Source: Chrysochromulina tobinii (Eukaryota). From it: 41,453 bases of DNA. Below are positions 11,399-24,121 of this stretch, piece after piece. The DNA lies in contig JWZX01003109.1 in NCBI GenBank assembly GCA_001275005.1, positions 1 to 41,453 of the forward strand, written 5' to 3'. The translations under genes and the position numbers were made by a program. Below the pieces are notes generated by a model that saw only the letters and a program-made list of their open reading frames with translations, was not told where the DNA came from and searched no databases. Numbering within the stretch: the first letter of the stretch is position 1; each line of letters begins with the position of its first letter.

Positions 11399-12591
11399 CT
11401 AAGAAGCATTGTCGTCCTCGACTGTCAATCTGTCAGTGACTGGCGGCTGCCAAGAGCTACCAAGAGCCATGAGCGCCTGCTTGTGCGCTGCAAGCTCGTG
11501 ATTCAGCCGTGCCTCGAGCACCTGATCCAGGAATCGCTCGGCGCGCGCGCGCGTGTTGGGTGCGAAGCGCACGTCGAGCTTCTGCTCTGCGTCTTCGAGT
11601 GCGCCTTCGAGTGCCCTGGGCCGGTGCCTGTGGAAGAGGTAGCGCATCAGCCGGTCCAAGTCAACGTGCTCGGCACCTACATGCTGGATGAAGGCTTGGA
11701 GGTCCGCTATCATCTGATCAGCGCCTACGACGATCTCGAAGCGTGTCGTGTACTCGGCGAGGGCGCGTTTCTCCCCGGCCTTGCCTACGCTCATCAGGCT
11801 CGCGTTGCGCAACTTGGCGTCCAGCTTGCATTCGTACACGAACTGGATGTTCCGCGCGACCTGAAAGATGAGAAGGCTTGCTGTCATGGCGACCTCAACC
11901 CACGCACCGGCGACCCAGATCCATGGAAGCAGCTCAGAACCCTCGGTAGTCGTATCCGAGATTTCGCGGTTGCCATCCCACCTGATGAGGGAAGCAAATC
12001 AGGTCTTAGGTGCCACCAGAGGCCATCAGGGAGGCACTCCGTGCGGGGAGGCACTCCGAGCCACTCAGACACACTAAATGACAATCAGAGACTCACACTC
12101 AGGCTCAGACAATCAGAGACCATCAGAGACAATCACCCGATCTCATACACCCACGGCACCGCGGTCACCGCCAGCATGATGCTTGCGTACACCCACAGCC
12201 TTGCCGGCATCCCGCATCGATATCCCATCCGTCGGAGTAGCGCCTTACCCTCGCTTCGAGTGTCGTACTGTGTTGTACAGAGGAGATTGAAGACGGACCA
12301 AGTGCAGGAGATGAAGTACAGAAGCATCACCGCCAGGATGCATAGCGACACGACAACGGATAGCGCCGTAGCCGCGCTGGCGTAATTGAAGAGCATTTCG
12401 CAGATCACCGTGAACATAAGCGCCGCGAGCAAGCCGATGTTTGTCATGCTCTCCTTGAAGATAAGGAGGTCGTCAACGTCAGGATTGGGGTAGTCGTCGT
12501 AACGCACATGCGCATTCAGCCACTCACCGGTCACGATCAGTTCAAACGCGGCCCTCCACCATGAGCGCTTCGAGAGCTTGCGGGTCTTCAT
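11399..12591 (-). CDS. Hypothetical multi-pass membrane protein; exons 12591-12137 and 11981-11399, intron 11982-12136
   Basis: Several hydrophobic segments (NIGLLAALMFTV, TALSVVVSLCILAVMLLYFISC, YASIMLAVTAVPW, WIWVAGAWVEVAMTASLLIF). The GTGATT...CTCATCAG intron joins the two ORFs in frame (YEIG|WDGN). Confidence 0.65.
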
Positions 12592-12961
12592 AATGGGATG
12601 AGCTGGGCGTGATGCGACCGGCGGTTCGCGCGCGGAATAGGAACTGAAGAGACCCGCTGCGCGGAGGCGGCGTGCATAAATGGATTTAATTCTCCGTTGT
12701 AAATCTCCGTTTTAAGACATAGATTGCGCTGCTCTTACGGTGATAAGTCACTTCGTTTTCGCATCGACGATAGTAAGCCGACTTGCTGGTCTTCTCCACG
12801 GCTGATAAAAAGTCAACATACTTTCTTGAGTCACTGACTAAACTGATATTCATACCCCTTGTGGCGGCCACGTCACGGCCGAGGGTGAGCACTAAAAAGG
12901 TTCCTGACCGCGACGCAGGCGCCCAGGCGGCGGCAACGTGTGTGCCGCCTCTGCCAGCCTC

Positions 12962-14329
12962 ATGGACTGGCTCAAGTCGGTGCACTTTTACCGCAAGGTG
13001 CCCATCGACCTCACCGAGGCGACGATCTCCGGCGGCGCCATCTCGCTGCTCTCGACGCTCGTGATGGCGTACCTATTCTTCACCAACTTCTCGGCGTACC
13101 TGACCGTGACGCAGAGCACCTCGATCGTGCTCGACTCGTCCGACGAGAAGAAGCTGCAGCTCAACTTTAATGTGACGCTCCACCACCTGCCGTGCCGCTT
13201 CGTGTCGCTCGACATTGTCGACGTCATGGGCACACACCTGCAGAACGTGTCGGCCAACATCCTGAAGACGCGCGTGGATGCAGAGGGCGCGGTGGTGGGA
13301 CACGCGCCCACGGTGCAGCGCGAGATCGCGCACTCGACCGCGCTCGTGCCCGCCGAGCACAAGGACGCGGCCAAGTTCTCGCCCGACCTCGACATGCGAA
13401 CCTTCCTCGAGAGCGTCAAGGAGAAGCGGCTGGTGATGGTCAACTTTTATGCTCCGTGGTGCCCGTGGTCGCGCCGGCTACAGCCCGTGTGGGAGGAGGC
13501 GTACGGCAACGTGGTGCGCAAGGAGTACGCGGGGGACGTGCTCATGGGAAAGGCGGACTGCACGGGGGGCGGCCAGGACCTGTGCCAGAAGCAGCACGTG
13601 CATGCGTTCCCCACAGTACGGGTGTACCGGCGGCACAATCCGCACTCGCACGAGAGTTACGTGGGGGACCGGACGCACCAGGCGCTCGAGGGCTTCGTCG
13701 AAAACAACGTGCACGACGCCGACGAGACCGAGTCGCTCGCTGAGGAGCAGTCGGAAGTGTCAGCTGGCCCAGGGGAGGGATGCTTGGTACGGGGGGTCGT
13801 CTTGGTCAATCGCGTCCCTGGCAACTTCCATCTCTCGGCGCACTCAAAGTCGCACTCGTTCCAGCCGCACAAGCTGAACATGTCGCACACGGTCTCGTCC
13901 ATGACATTTGGGAAGGCGCTCACGCCCACGCAGCTGCGTCTGCTTCCTCGCGAGGTCGAGCTCGGGTACAACGGCCTCGCGGGCACCGAGCACCATTCGA
14001 TTGGTCACAACACGACCCTCGAGCACTATCTCAAGGTGGTGCACACCACGTATGAGGTGAGTGCCGCGAGGACGCTCGAGACCTACCAGTACACGGTCAA
14101 CAACAACCACTACCAGGACGGGGAGTCGCTGCCGTCGGCGGTGTTTGCGTACGACATCTCGCCGATGCAGGTCACGGTCACGGAGGTTCGTCAGTCTCTC
14201 GCAGCGTTCCTGACGTCCATTTGCGCGATCATCGGCGGCGTCTTCACGGTCACCGGCCTCATCGACGGCGGCATCTTCCACACGACCAATGCGCTCAAGA
14301 AGAAGATGGAGATTGGCAAAGCCATCTGA
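12962..14329 (+). CDS. ERGIC_N / thioredoxin / COPII-coated ERV domain protein (PDI-C, PDIL5-4-like)
   Basis: FYRKVPIDLTEAT and LNFNVTLHHLPCRFVSLDIVDVMG (ERV N); VMVNFYAPWCPWS thioredoxin (CxxS); GEGCLVRGVVLVNRVPGNFH; YDISPMQV; FLTSICAIIGGVFTV; C-terminal KKKMEIGKAI. Intronless. Confidence 0.93.
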   Translation: MDWLKSVHFYRKVPIDLTEATISGGAISLLSTLVMAYLFFTNFSAYLTVTQSTSIVLDSSDEKKLQLNFNVTLHHLPCRFVSLDIVDVMGTHLQNVSANILKTRVDAEGAVVGHAPTVQREIAHSTALVPAEHKDAAKFSPDLDMRTFLESVKEKRLVMVNFYAPWCPWSRRLQPVWEEAYGNVVRKEYAGDVLMGKADCTGGGQDLCQKQHVHAFPTVRVYRRHNPHSHESYVGDRTHQALEGFVENNVHDADETESLAEEQSEVSAGPGEGCLVRGVVLVNRVPGNFHLSAHSKSHSFQPHKLNMSHTVSSMTFGKALTPTQLRLLPREVELGYNGLAGTEHHSIGHNTTLEHYLKVVHTTYEVSAARTLETYQYTVNNNHYQDGESLPSAVFAYDISPMQVTVTEVRQSLAAFLTSICAIIGGVFTVTGLIDGGIFHTTNALKKKMEIGKAI

Positions 14330-14703
14330 TTGCCATCTCCATCAGATGAGGGAGCGCCGCGGCGGTGGCGCACGAGCGATTGACACGAGTGGCCGGCGGC
14401 GGCGACGGTCGCCCACTTCTGCTGGGCGCACTGGGTGTCGGCTGCGTCTCTTTTTTTTTCTTTTAGATTGAAGAGGAGTATGTACATGTACTCAAACTTG
14501 CTCTTTTAGCGCAAGGAGCTCGCAGCTCTCTCTCATGGAAGCACTCTCTTTCAGAAGCAACTTGAGGGGAAAACAAGGGCGACAAGCCATGGGGTGAGAG
14601 ATATTCACAGCGAAAATGTTCTTCTCGCCGGCGGCGACACCTCGCGCGAAGCCGCGAGCGAACCAGGAGCGAACACGGCGCCAACTCACACGAATCCTCT
14701 TCG

Positions 14704-17700
14704 ATGGAGCAGCCGAAGTTGCCGCAGCGGATGCGCGTGTACCTCAATCGCACTGCGCAGGAGGCGGTGCTGCTCCGCAATCCGGAGGCGATCGTGACGA
14801 TCGCGCCCAGCGCCGGCCGTGGCGGCGGCACGAGCCGGAATGCCAAGCCGATGCGCATCGACGTCGCCGATTTGCCTCTGGTTGAGTGGGACGGCCAGCT
14901 CGTTGGCCAGCGGGCCCGCTGCCTCGTGGCCGACGGCGAGTGGATGGATGCCTTCGTCATGGCCTTCCTCGGCGGCCAGCGTGCCTACCGGCTGCTCCTT
15001 GCGGATGGCTCGCAGCTCGAGCGCGGGCTGCCTGACTACCGCGTCGTGCTGGCCGCGGAGGGCGACACCGAGCTGGGCACCGAGGCAGTCAGCTTCCTGG
15101 CCACAGAGCCTCCACCGGAAGCGGTCGTCGGAACGAATGCGGATGCCGATCCTAATTTGGATGCCGTTCCGGCCGGCGGCACTGCGGCCGTTGCCGGCAC
15201 AGCGAGCGCGGAGGCAGCCGCCGAAGCAGCCGCTGAGGGCTCGAGTGCAGCGGCCATGGAGGTGGAGGGGCAGGAGGCTGCAGCGGACGCGCCGCCCGCG
15301 CAGGCCGTCACCGCCGAGCCACTCGCGCCAGTGGCAGAGCCCTCGTCGGCGCCATCTTCGTCCGTGCCGGCTCGGCCGTTACTTCTGTACCGTTCTTCGC
15401 TGACGGCGACTGGGTATCGTGGGGTACGCCCCTCGGCGGCCTTGCGCACCCCGACGAGCGCGAGCGGGTACGAGCTCGCCGTGTACGTCGACGGGCGTGA
15501 AAAGACGAGCGGGCCGTACAACACCGTCCTCGCCGCCGCGCATGAGTACCGTCGGTTACTCGACCTCGCTCTCGATGCGGACGGGCGGCTGATGGACCAC
15601 AGCCGAGCAGCTGGCATACGCTCCACTGGCGGCAGCCGCGCGGGCGGGGACGGCGGCGGCGGCGGTGGCAGCGCGGCGGGTGCGGTCGGCGGGAAGAGAA
15701 AAGGCAAGGAGCTGAGCATCGTGTGGGACGAGACGATCGTCGGTCGTCGCATTCGCGCCTTTTTCCCAGGCAGTGGCGAGTGGATGGATGGGACTCTCAT
15801 CTCGTGCGCCGCCCCCGCGCGCCGCCCGCCACGAAGGCGCCAAGTCCACGGCCGCGTGCATGCATGTGCTCACCACGGCGCCTCGCGCTCTCCCCTCCGT
15901 CTTACACCCTCCGTCTTTCACACCCTCCGTCTTCACAGGTACGCGCCGCCCGCACGCGCCGCGCGCAAGGAAGGCGCCAAGTTCACCGCCTCGTACGACG
16001 ATGGCGAGACCGAGGAGCTTAGCTTGCCGGACGAGAGCGTGCGGCTGCTTCCCGAGGGGTGCGGCCAGGGAGCCGAAGCCCCGCCTCTCACCCGCGAGGA
16101 CGAGAAGCGCGCATACAAATGCCAAGCGCAGCTCGCCGAGGATGCCGCGCGCGCCGAGATCGAGGTGAGACAACCCTGATGGCTCCACTCATCAGCGGCC
16201 CCTGATGGCTTCGCTCATCCACACCCGATTGCTTCGCTCATCAGGCCGAGGGCATTGAGCTCCTCACCTCGTCCAAAACGAGCACGGGCTACCGGTGCGT
16301 CAGCGGCACGCTCGTCCAAGGGCTCGGGGTGATGAGCTACGAGGTCGTGCCCAATAAGGACGGCAAGAAGGTGAGTGTGAATGTGAATGTGAATGTGAAT
16401 GTGAATGAGGTCGTGCCCAATAAGGACGGCAAGAAGGTGAGTGCCACGCGCAGTGCCTCTCTTAGTGGCACGCTCGCTTAGTGGCACGCTCGCTTAGTGC
16501 CACGCGCACACGGGATGGCCTCTGATGGATGCTGCTTGCGTCGCTCATCAGATTCATCTCGGCAAGTTCAAGTCGAAGCTCGAGGCGGCGCTCGTCTTCT
16601 ACAAGTACATGCAGGGGTTGGGTACGTCGGCCATCTCCCGCGTTGGGGGGCTCGAAGCGGTACGGCAACATGCTGATGGAGTTTGAGCTGCCGGATGCGA
16701 TGGAGGGCGGCAAGGCGAACACGATCGAAAAGGTGGGCGGTGCCTCATTCACATTCACATTCACATTCACATTCACACATGGGCGGTACCTCGCCGTGTG
16801 CCCTCGGATGAGGTCGTGCATGGCCACTGATGAGCTTTCGCATGGCCACTGATTGCAGGTGCTCGACGTGCGCGACGTCGAGATCGAGGTGGATGCGGAG
16901 ACGGGAGATCCAATCTCCGACGAGATCGTCCGTTACGTGCCGCCCTCCGCCGAGGGCACAGAAAGCGTAGGCGCCCAGGACAGCGCCGAGCTCATGCAGG
17001 TGACGACGCACCTGAGCACACCGCCCCTGTTCAACGTGCCGCCTCTCGACGAGAGCATGCTCGCCGCCTTGCCAAGCTGCGAGCAGTGGGGCGGCTGGCC
17101 CCGGCTGCAGCTGAGTAAGAGCGCGGTCCACCACACCAAGACGACGCTCGCCGTCCTCGCTGCCAAGTTACCCCACGAGTTTGGCGTGCTCATGCGCACT
17201 CGGGCGGCTGTAGCGGAGGCAGTCCAGCTCATTGAGAGTGTCGAGGATGCGGCGTCCTATCATGCGCAGATCGCACCTCCGCGAGTCGAGGCGCCTGTGG
17301 CCAACGGTCAGCGCTGGTTCCCTTACCCGCCCGACACGTTCGAGATGGCGCTCGATACGGCGCTCGTGATGGCGCTCGATACGGCGCCTGCGGTGGGTCC
17401 AGGCCTCGGCGAGGAAGGCGGCGAGGGCGAGGATGGCGGCGAGGAAGGCGGCGAGGGCGAGGAAGTCGGCGAGGTTGGCGGCGAGGGTGGCGGCGAGGAA
17501 GGCGGCGAGGGTGGCGGCGAGGGCGAGGGTGGCGTGTTCGAGCCCGATCTCATCGACGCCCACGCCAACGAGGACGTCGATGAGACCGCGGGGGAGATGG
17601 AGGTGGAGGGGGATGCGTACAGCGCCGGACCGAGCGCTCGGCTTGGCGCCTGGCGCGGCGCCCGGCGCGGCGCGCTCGTCACCGCGTCCAAAAGCGGCGC

Positions 17701-20700
17701 CGGTGGTGCCCAACACGGCGCTCTTCGGACGGCGCCGGCGCGGCCAACGGAGATGCGCCAGGTGCGCTGATGATGCTGATGATGCTGATGATGGTCGTCT
17801 GATGGCCGTCGGATCGCTCTCGGATGGCCCTCTGACTGACCTCTAATGACCTCTAATGACCTCTAATGACCTTTAATGACCTCTAATGACCTCGGATGGC
17901 CCTCTGACTGCCCTTCTTGATATGCCCTTCTTGATCACCCTCATGTGGCCCTCGGATGGTGTCGTGCAGGTGCGCCAGTACCTGGTCAAGCTGCGGGGGC
18001 ACTCGTACAACCGGCTCGAATGGCAGCGCGAGGACGAGATCGAGGCAGATGGCAAGCTCTCCAAGAACGCCCTCTCGCGCTTCCTTCGCAAGCTCGCCAC
18101 CGGGGAGCCCATCGATCGGGAGTACGTGACCTACACGCAGACGCTCCGCATCATAGGCCATCGGACGGAGGGGGGCTTTGGCAAGGAGTACCTCGTCAAG
18201 TGGGGCGGGCTGCCCTACTGCGAGTGCTCGTGGGAATACTCATACAGCGTCGCCCGCCGCCGCCATCGACGCGTACAATGTGGCGTCCAACCGGCTGGCC
18301 GTGGAGGCGGCGAAGCTGCAGCGAGATCGCGATCTGGGCTGGCTCCAAAAGGGGCGCACGCTCGAGGTTTGGCCCGCGTCCGATCCGTTGCACGAGCTGC
18401 ACGGCGCTTGGTACGGCGCGACCGCGCTCTCGCTGCATGAGACGCACGTGTACATTGAGTACAAGCACCTGCTCGCCAACGAAGAGGACGTCGACGCGGG
18501 CTCGCTCCGGGAACGGGTGCCCGTGCACCGCGTGCGTCCGTTGCCGCCCAAGACGAAAAAGGACTTTCGACCCGAAGTGGGCGAGGTCGTGAGTGCCGAG
18601 CACTTAAACGGGTACTGGTCGGGGCGCGTGCTCGCGATCGCCAAGCGGGGCGAGGTCTTGCCGGACCTGCGTGGAGCCGCGGTTCGGGCGATGGAGCAGC
18701 AGCAGCTGCTGCAACCTCCGCTGAACGCGTCCGAGCCGTCGCTGAGCATCGGGCAGACGGCTGAGGGGCGCGACGGGCGCCAGTGGCAGCTGCTTGCCCT
18801 CGAGGGCAGTCAGAGGCGCATCTGGCAGCTGCTCGGGAGCGCTGTGAATGGAAGCGCTGTGAATGCACAGCTGCTCGGAGGCGCCGTCTCGAGCGCCGGC
18901 GCAGACGAGCCGCCGCCGTCCGCCGTGGCCGTTGGTGTCTTGCCGGCGACCGTAAGCGCCGAGGCGGCGGAGGCGTCTGAAGACGAGACGCGTGGGGGAG
19001 AGGGCGGCGGCGGCGTCGGCGGCGGCGGCACGCAGCGCATGAGCTCGTGGAGCGACAAGGCCCCACCGCCGACCAAGCCGACGACGAATGCGCACTACCT
19101 TCGAGGGATCTCGCGCTCGGAGCTCCCGGGGAGCCGCATTGTGGTCGTTTACACCGAGGAAGCGGACGTTGCCGAGGCGATGCCGGCGATGCCGGAGGGA
19201 AGCCCCGAGCTCTGCGGCCACTTCATCGAGGTGTATTGGCCCATCGATCGCGCGTGGTATCGGTGCCGGGTGCTGCGCGTCGTACCGGGCAGGAGGCAGA
19301 TGATGTACGAGGTGCTCTACGTCGACGACGACGTGCGCGAGACACTCGACCTCGCCAAGGAGGAGTGGCGTCATGTGAACACGCAGGTGCGCATCGCGTA
19401 CCCGGGGCTGCTGATCAAGCCGACAGAGGTGGAACGGCGTCCCTTCGCTCCTGGTGCACTTTGACGGCATGGAGGCGAATCCCGAGTCGGCGGAGTGCTT
19501 TGTCGACGAGGACGGTGAGGACGAGTGGATGTGGGAATCTGAGTTTCGTCTGTCCCAGGGCATGAGGGTCTTCAAGCCGGAGCCGCTGATCGCGAGTGAG
19601 ACCATGTGGTTCATCTCGGGCGACGGCGAGTCCTCACTCGCGCCCATCGCGGCGCCGCCGCCGCTGCTGCTCCGGCTGCCGTTGGGCGCCGAGATGGGCA
19701 TCGAAGAGGACGAGACGGCCGACGGCGCCGCCACCTCCGCCCCCGCTCTCGCCGCCCAGGTCGCTCCGACGGCCGTGGTCGCCGCCAATGCTGCCGTCGA
19801 TGCCGTCTCGCTGCCGGTGGAGGCGCCGTACGGCTCGGGGGGCGATCTCGACTGTGATCTCGATCTCGGCTATGATCTCGCCATGGTCCTCGACAGCGGA
19901 GCTTACGCATCGACAGAGCCTAGTCGTGAAGCACCGTCGTGAGCGCCGCCGCCGCCGGAGGGGCGGGCAGCGCCTCCACTGCCGTCGCCACCGTCATCAG
20001 CGTCAGCGATGTCGTCAGCGACGCCGCAGAGTGCCAGAGGACGGGTGCGGCAACGGCGGGGGGCGCAGCGGCGCCGATGGTGGAGGCCGCAATCGTCGGC
20101 ACAGCAAGCGACAAGCCCGCGGCAAAGGCGAGCGCCTTTCGGCCGCCTTCAGCTCTCCAAAGTTGGAAGCCGTTGAGCGCCATTCGGCCGAATTGGAGAT
20201 GGAGTGGGGTGGATGAGACGGGCAATGTGGCGGCCGGTTGGAGGGTGGGTGCCACGATGGCGGATGGGATGCCCATCGAGCCGCGCAAGGCGAGCGACCC
20301 TTTTGCCGACGTGGAAGAGGACGATGAGGAGGAAGAGGCCAAGCTGGCAGCGGCGACGGCCGCTGAGAAGGCGGCGGCCGAGAAGGCAGCGGCCGGCAAG
20401 GCAGCGGCCGACAAGGCAGCGGCCGACAAAGCAGCGGCCAAGAAGCGTCGGGCCGAGGATGGCGAGGAGTACGTGGATGGGAAGGGTGGCGGTGGCGGCC
20501 GGCGCAACGGCGAGGAGGGCGAGGAGGAGGAGGAGAGCGACGGCGAGGAGGGCGAGGACGAGACGGCGATCGAAGTGAGCGGGTGGAAGCGACTGCACTC
20601 GTCGCCGCCTGTGCCTTCGGGGCGCGTGCTGCGCCCTTATCAATTGGAAGGCGTCAATTGGATGCGCTTGAATTGGTACCTTGGGCGTAACATCATCTTG

Positions 20701-23700
20701 GGCGATGAGATGGGCTTGGGTAAGACGGCGCAGTCGTGCATGCTGCTCCATACGCTGCGCCGCTTCGAGCACGTCGAGGGTCCCTTTCTGATCGTCGTAC
20801 CGCTCTCGACGCTTCCGCATTGGGAACGCGAGCTCTCGTTATGGACGGACTGCTATACGGTCGTGTACCACGGCTCGGCGGAGAGCCGCCGAGTGCTCCT
20901 GCAGTGGGATTGGAAGCTGGCGACGCCCAAGATGCTACCAGTAGACCCAAGCAAGCCCGAGGGGAAGAAGCGAGAGTACAAGTACCGTTTCCACTGTGTG
21001 CTCACAACGTACGAGACGGTGGTACGCCATCGCTCCTGAGATCGCTCCTGAGAGTGCCTCTGTGAAAAGTGCCTCTGTGAAGAGTGCCTCTGTGAAGAGT
21101 GCCTCTGTGAAGAGTGCCTCTGAGATCGCCCCTGACCTCTCCTCGCCTGGCGCCGTCACGGGCGCTCCTTTCCCCCATCAGGTGGCTGAGCCCGACCCCC
21201 TCCTCAAGATCCGATGGGAACATTTGATCGTCGACGAGGGCCACCGGCTCAAGAACCGACACTCACGCTCCCTGGATGTGATGAAGGACCTGCGCACCCG
21301 TCGGAAGCTCGTCCTCACCGGTACCCCCCTCAAAACCACGTGTCAGAGCTCTGGTCCATACTCCACTTCCTTGAGCCACACAAGTTCCCCGACCACCACG
21401 CCTCCGATGAGCGCTTCGGAGCGCTCTCGTCGGGCGGCGGTACGGTCCAGCAGGTGTGCGCGCGCGCACGCTTCTCACAGCGCTCTCGACCCGAGTGCAT
21501 GCATGTGCTCACCGCGGCGCGCGCAACCCCCGCCCCGCCCTCCTCCGTCTTCCACAGGTGCGTGCGCTGAACAAGCTGCTTCGGCCGCACCTGCTTCGGC
21601 GCGAGAAGGAGGACGTCGAGACGTTACAGCCGATGCAGGAGGTGCTCCTGCACGTCGAGATTACCAATCTGCAAAAGGTCTGCTACCGCGCGGTGCTTGA
21701 GCATAACCGACAGCTCCTCGTGCGCGGCGCGGGTGGCACCGCGGGCCTCGCGGCCGCTGCAGGCGGCGCCTGGGCCAACGTCTCGATGATGTTGCGCCAC
21801 TGCTGCAACCACCCGTGGCTCATCAAGGAGGTCGAGGCGGGCGCGCTGCAGGCGCTCGAGGCGCACTCGCTCGAGCGCGCGCCCAAGACGGCGCGCGAGC
21901 GCAACGACCCGCTCTACTGGCACGCGCAGCTCACGGCCATGCGCAAAGAGCAGCAGGCGCGCTATGTTGAGCGCCTCGTCAACTCGAGTGGCAAGATGCT
22001 GCTGCTCGACAAGCTGCTGCCCAAGCTCAAGGCCGACGGGCACCGAGTGCTCATCTTCTCGCAGTTTACGAAGGTGGGTGATCTCTGATTGCCCGACGGA
22101 GTACTTGACACTCGGATGGCCCGACGGAGTACTTGACACTCTGATGGCCCATTGGAGTGCCTTTTGATGACCCTCTGATGACCCTCTTGATGACCCTCTT
22201 GATGACCCTCTGTTGTCGCAGGTGCTCGACCTGCTCGAGGTGCTCATCGAGGCGCGAGGGTATGGCTACGAGCGGCTCGACGGCAACGATCGCGGCGTCT
22301 CGCGTCAGCAAGCTATCGACCGCTTCTCCACTCCGCAGGTGATGACCTCGGATGGCCCCTCTCGGACGGCCTCTCGGATGGCCCTTTTGATGGCTCCTTT
22401 GATGGCTCCTTTGCTGGCTCCTTTTGTAGGCTCCTTTTGATTGCTCCTTTGATCACCTCCCGATGGCTCCTCTGATGACCTCCCGATGCGCAGTCGGAGT
22501 CGTTCCTCTTCCTCCTCTCGACACGTGCGGGCGGTGTCGGGATCAATCTGACGGCCGCCGACACGGTCATCATCTACGACCCCGACTGGAACCCGCAGAA
22601 CGACATCCAGGCGATGGCGCGTTGCCATCGCATCGGGCAGACGCGCGCGGTCAACGTGTACAAGCTCATCACGCGAGATACGTACGAGATGCACATGCTC
22701 GCCGCCGCCAACCACAAGCTCGGGCTCGAGCACGCGGTGATGAAGACCGGCGGCTACGATGCCAAACCGATCGTCGGCGCGGGCGGCGCGGGCGGCGGCG
22801 CCGGCGGTGCGAGCGGCGCGCCAGGCGCCTCGGCCGAGGGCGCCAAGATGAGCGCCGACGGCCCCTTTTCGAACGACTCCAAAGCAAAGGCGAGCGAGAT
22901 TGAGCGACTGCTCAAGTACGGCGCGCAAGTGCTCACGGCGCCTGAGCACGACGAGCGGGTCGCCTCCTTCGCCGACTCGTCCATCGAAGCCATCCTCGAA
23001 AAGTATGCAGAGAGGCGCCTCGTCGGCGGTGGCGAGGGCGGCGGCGGCAGCGGCGGCGGCGGCGGCGGCGGTTCAAATACCTTCGCGCAGGTCTCCTTCG
23101 TGTCGGAAGAGTCCGGCGCGGCGGTCGACCTCGATGATCCAAACTTCTGGTCCAAGATCCTGCCCGAGGTGGGGGCGTTGGCGGACATGGACCCGGAGCA
23201 GGCTGCGGCGATGGATGCGGCGGCGGAGATGAGCGGGGCTTCCAAACTGCGTGCCACGCGGCCCGACCATTTGACGGCGCTCGACCACCTGATGAGCTCG
23301 AAGAAGGGGGCGGGCGGCGGCGGCGAGCGCAAGCGCCCGCGCGACGAGGGCGGCGCCGAGGAGGAGGTGGCGGCCGAGTTGTCCAAGAAGGAAAAGGAAG
23401 ACGGGCGGTGGGCCGAGGCGGAGGTGCTCGCATTGTGCACAGTGATCCTCGCCGTCGGGCACGAGCTCGCGCCCGAGATTGTGCTGAGCGGCGTGGTGCA
23501 GCTCACGCCTGAGGAGGAGGGAGGGACCGGCGCCGCAACGTCGAGCGCAAGCCGGGCCGCCTCTCATGGCGGCGCTCATCCTCGCCCACCGGGACGTGCG
23601 CCCGCGGGCAAGCAGTGGGACGCGAAGCTGGGGCAGTGGGTGGGCGAACGGGGTGTGAAGGGCGAACGTGAGGAGGAGGGGCGGTGGCGATTCGCGTGCA

Positions 23701-24079
23701 AAGAGTGCGGCGGGATCAAGGCCGGCTGGAAGAATGCACCATGCGGGAATCCGTGCATGCCCAAGGAAAGCCACGTTGCCAAGGGAGCAGGGGCTGACAC
23801 CTCGCGTATGACGGCCGCTGCAGCGCCTGCCGTGCTTAATGCAGCTGCGGCCAGCAGCGGTGAGAAGCTGCCGCGGCTCCCGAGCGGCTTCTCACTAGCC
23901 CAGCGCAAGAGCGCGAAGGTAGAGGAGTCGGAACTCCCTCCACTGCCTCACGCGCCCTCCGATGCCACCATCTCTGCGATGGCGAGTGCCGCGGCCGCGG
24001 CGGCCGCGGCTGCGGCCGCTGCTGCGGCCGCCGGCATCGCGACGATGGATGGCGCGGGTACGCTCGCGGCGGCGTATGA

Positions 24080-24121
<42 letters not shown>

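Noticed and set aside
11390..12385. 331-aa plus-strand ORF
   Set aside because: Antisense shadow of the spliced minus-strand membrane-protein gene; it runs through the intron repeats.
12686..12910. AT-richer segment with short ORFs between divergent genes
   Set aside because: No recognisable domain or terminal repeats; treated as bidirectional promoter or intergenic DNA.
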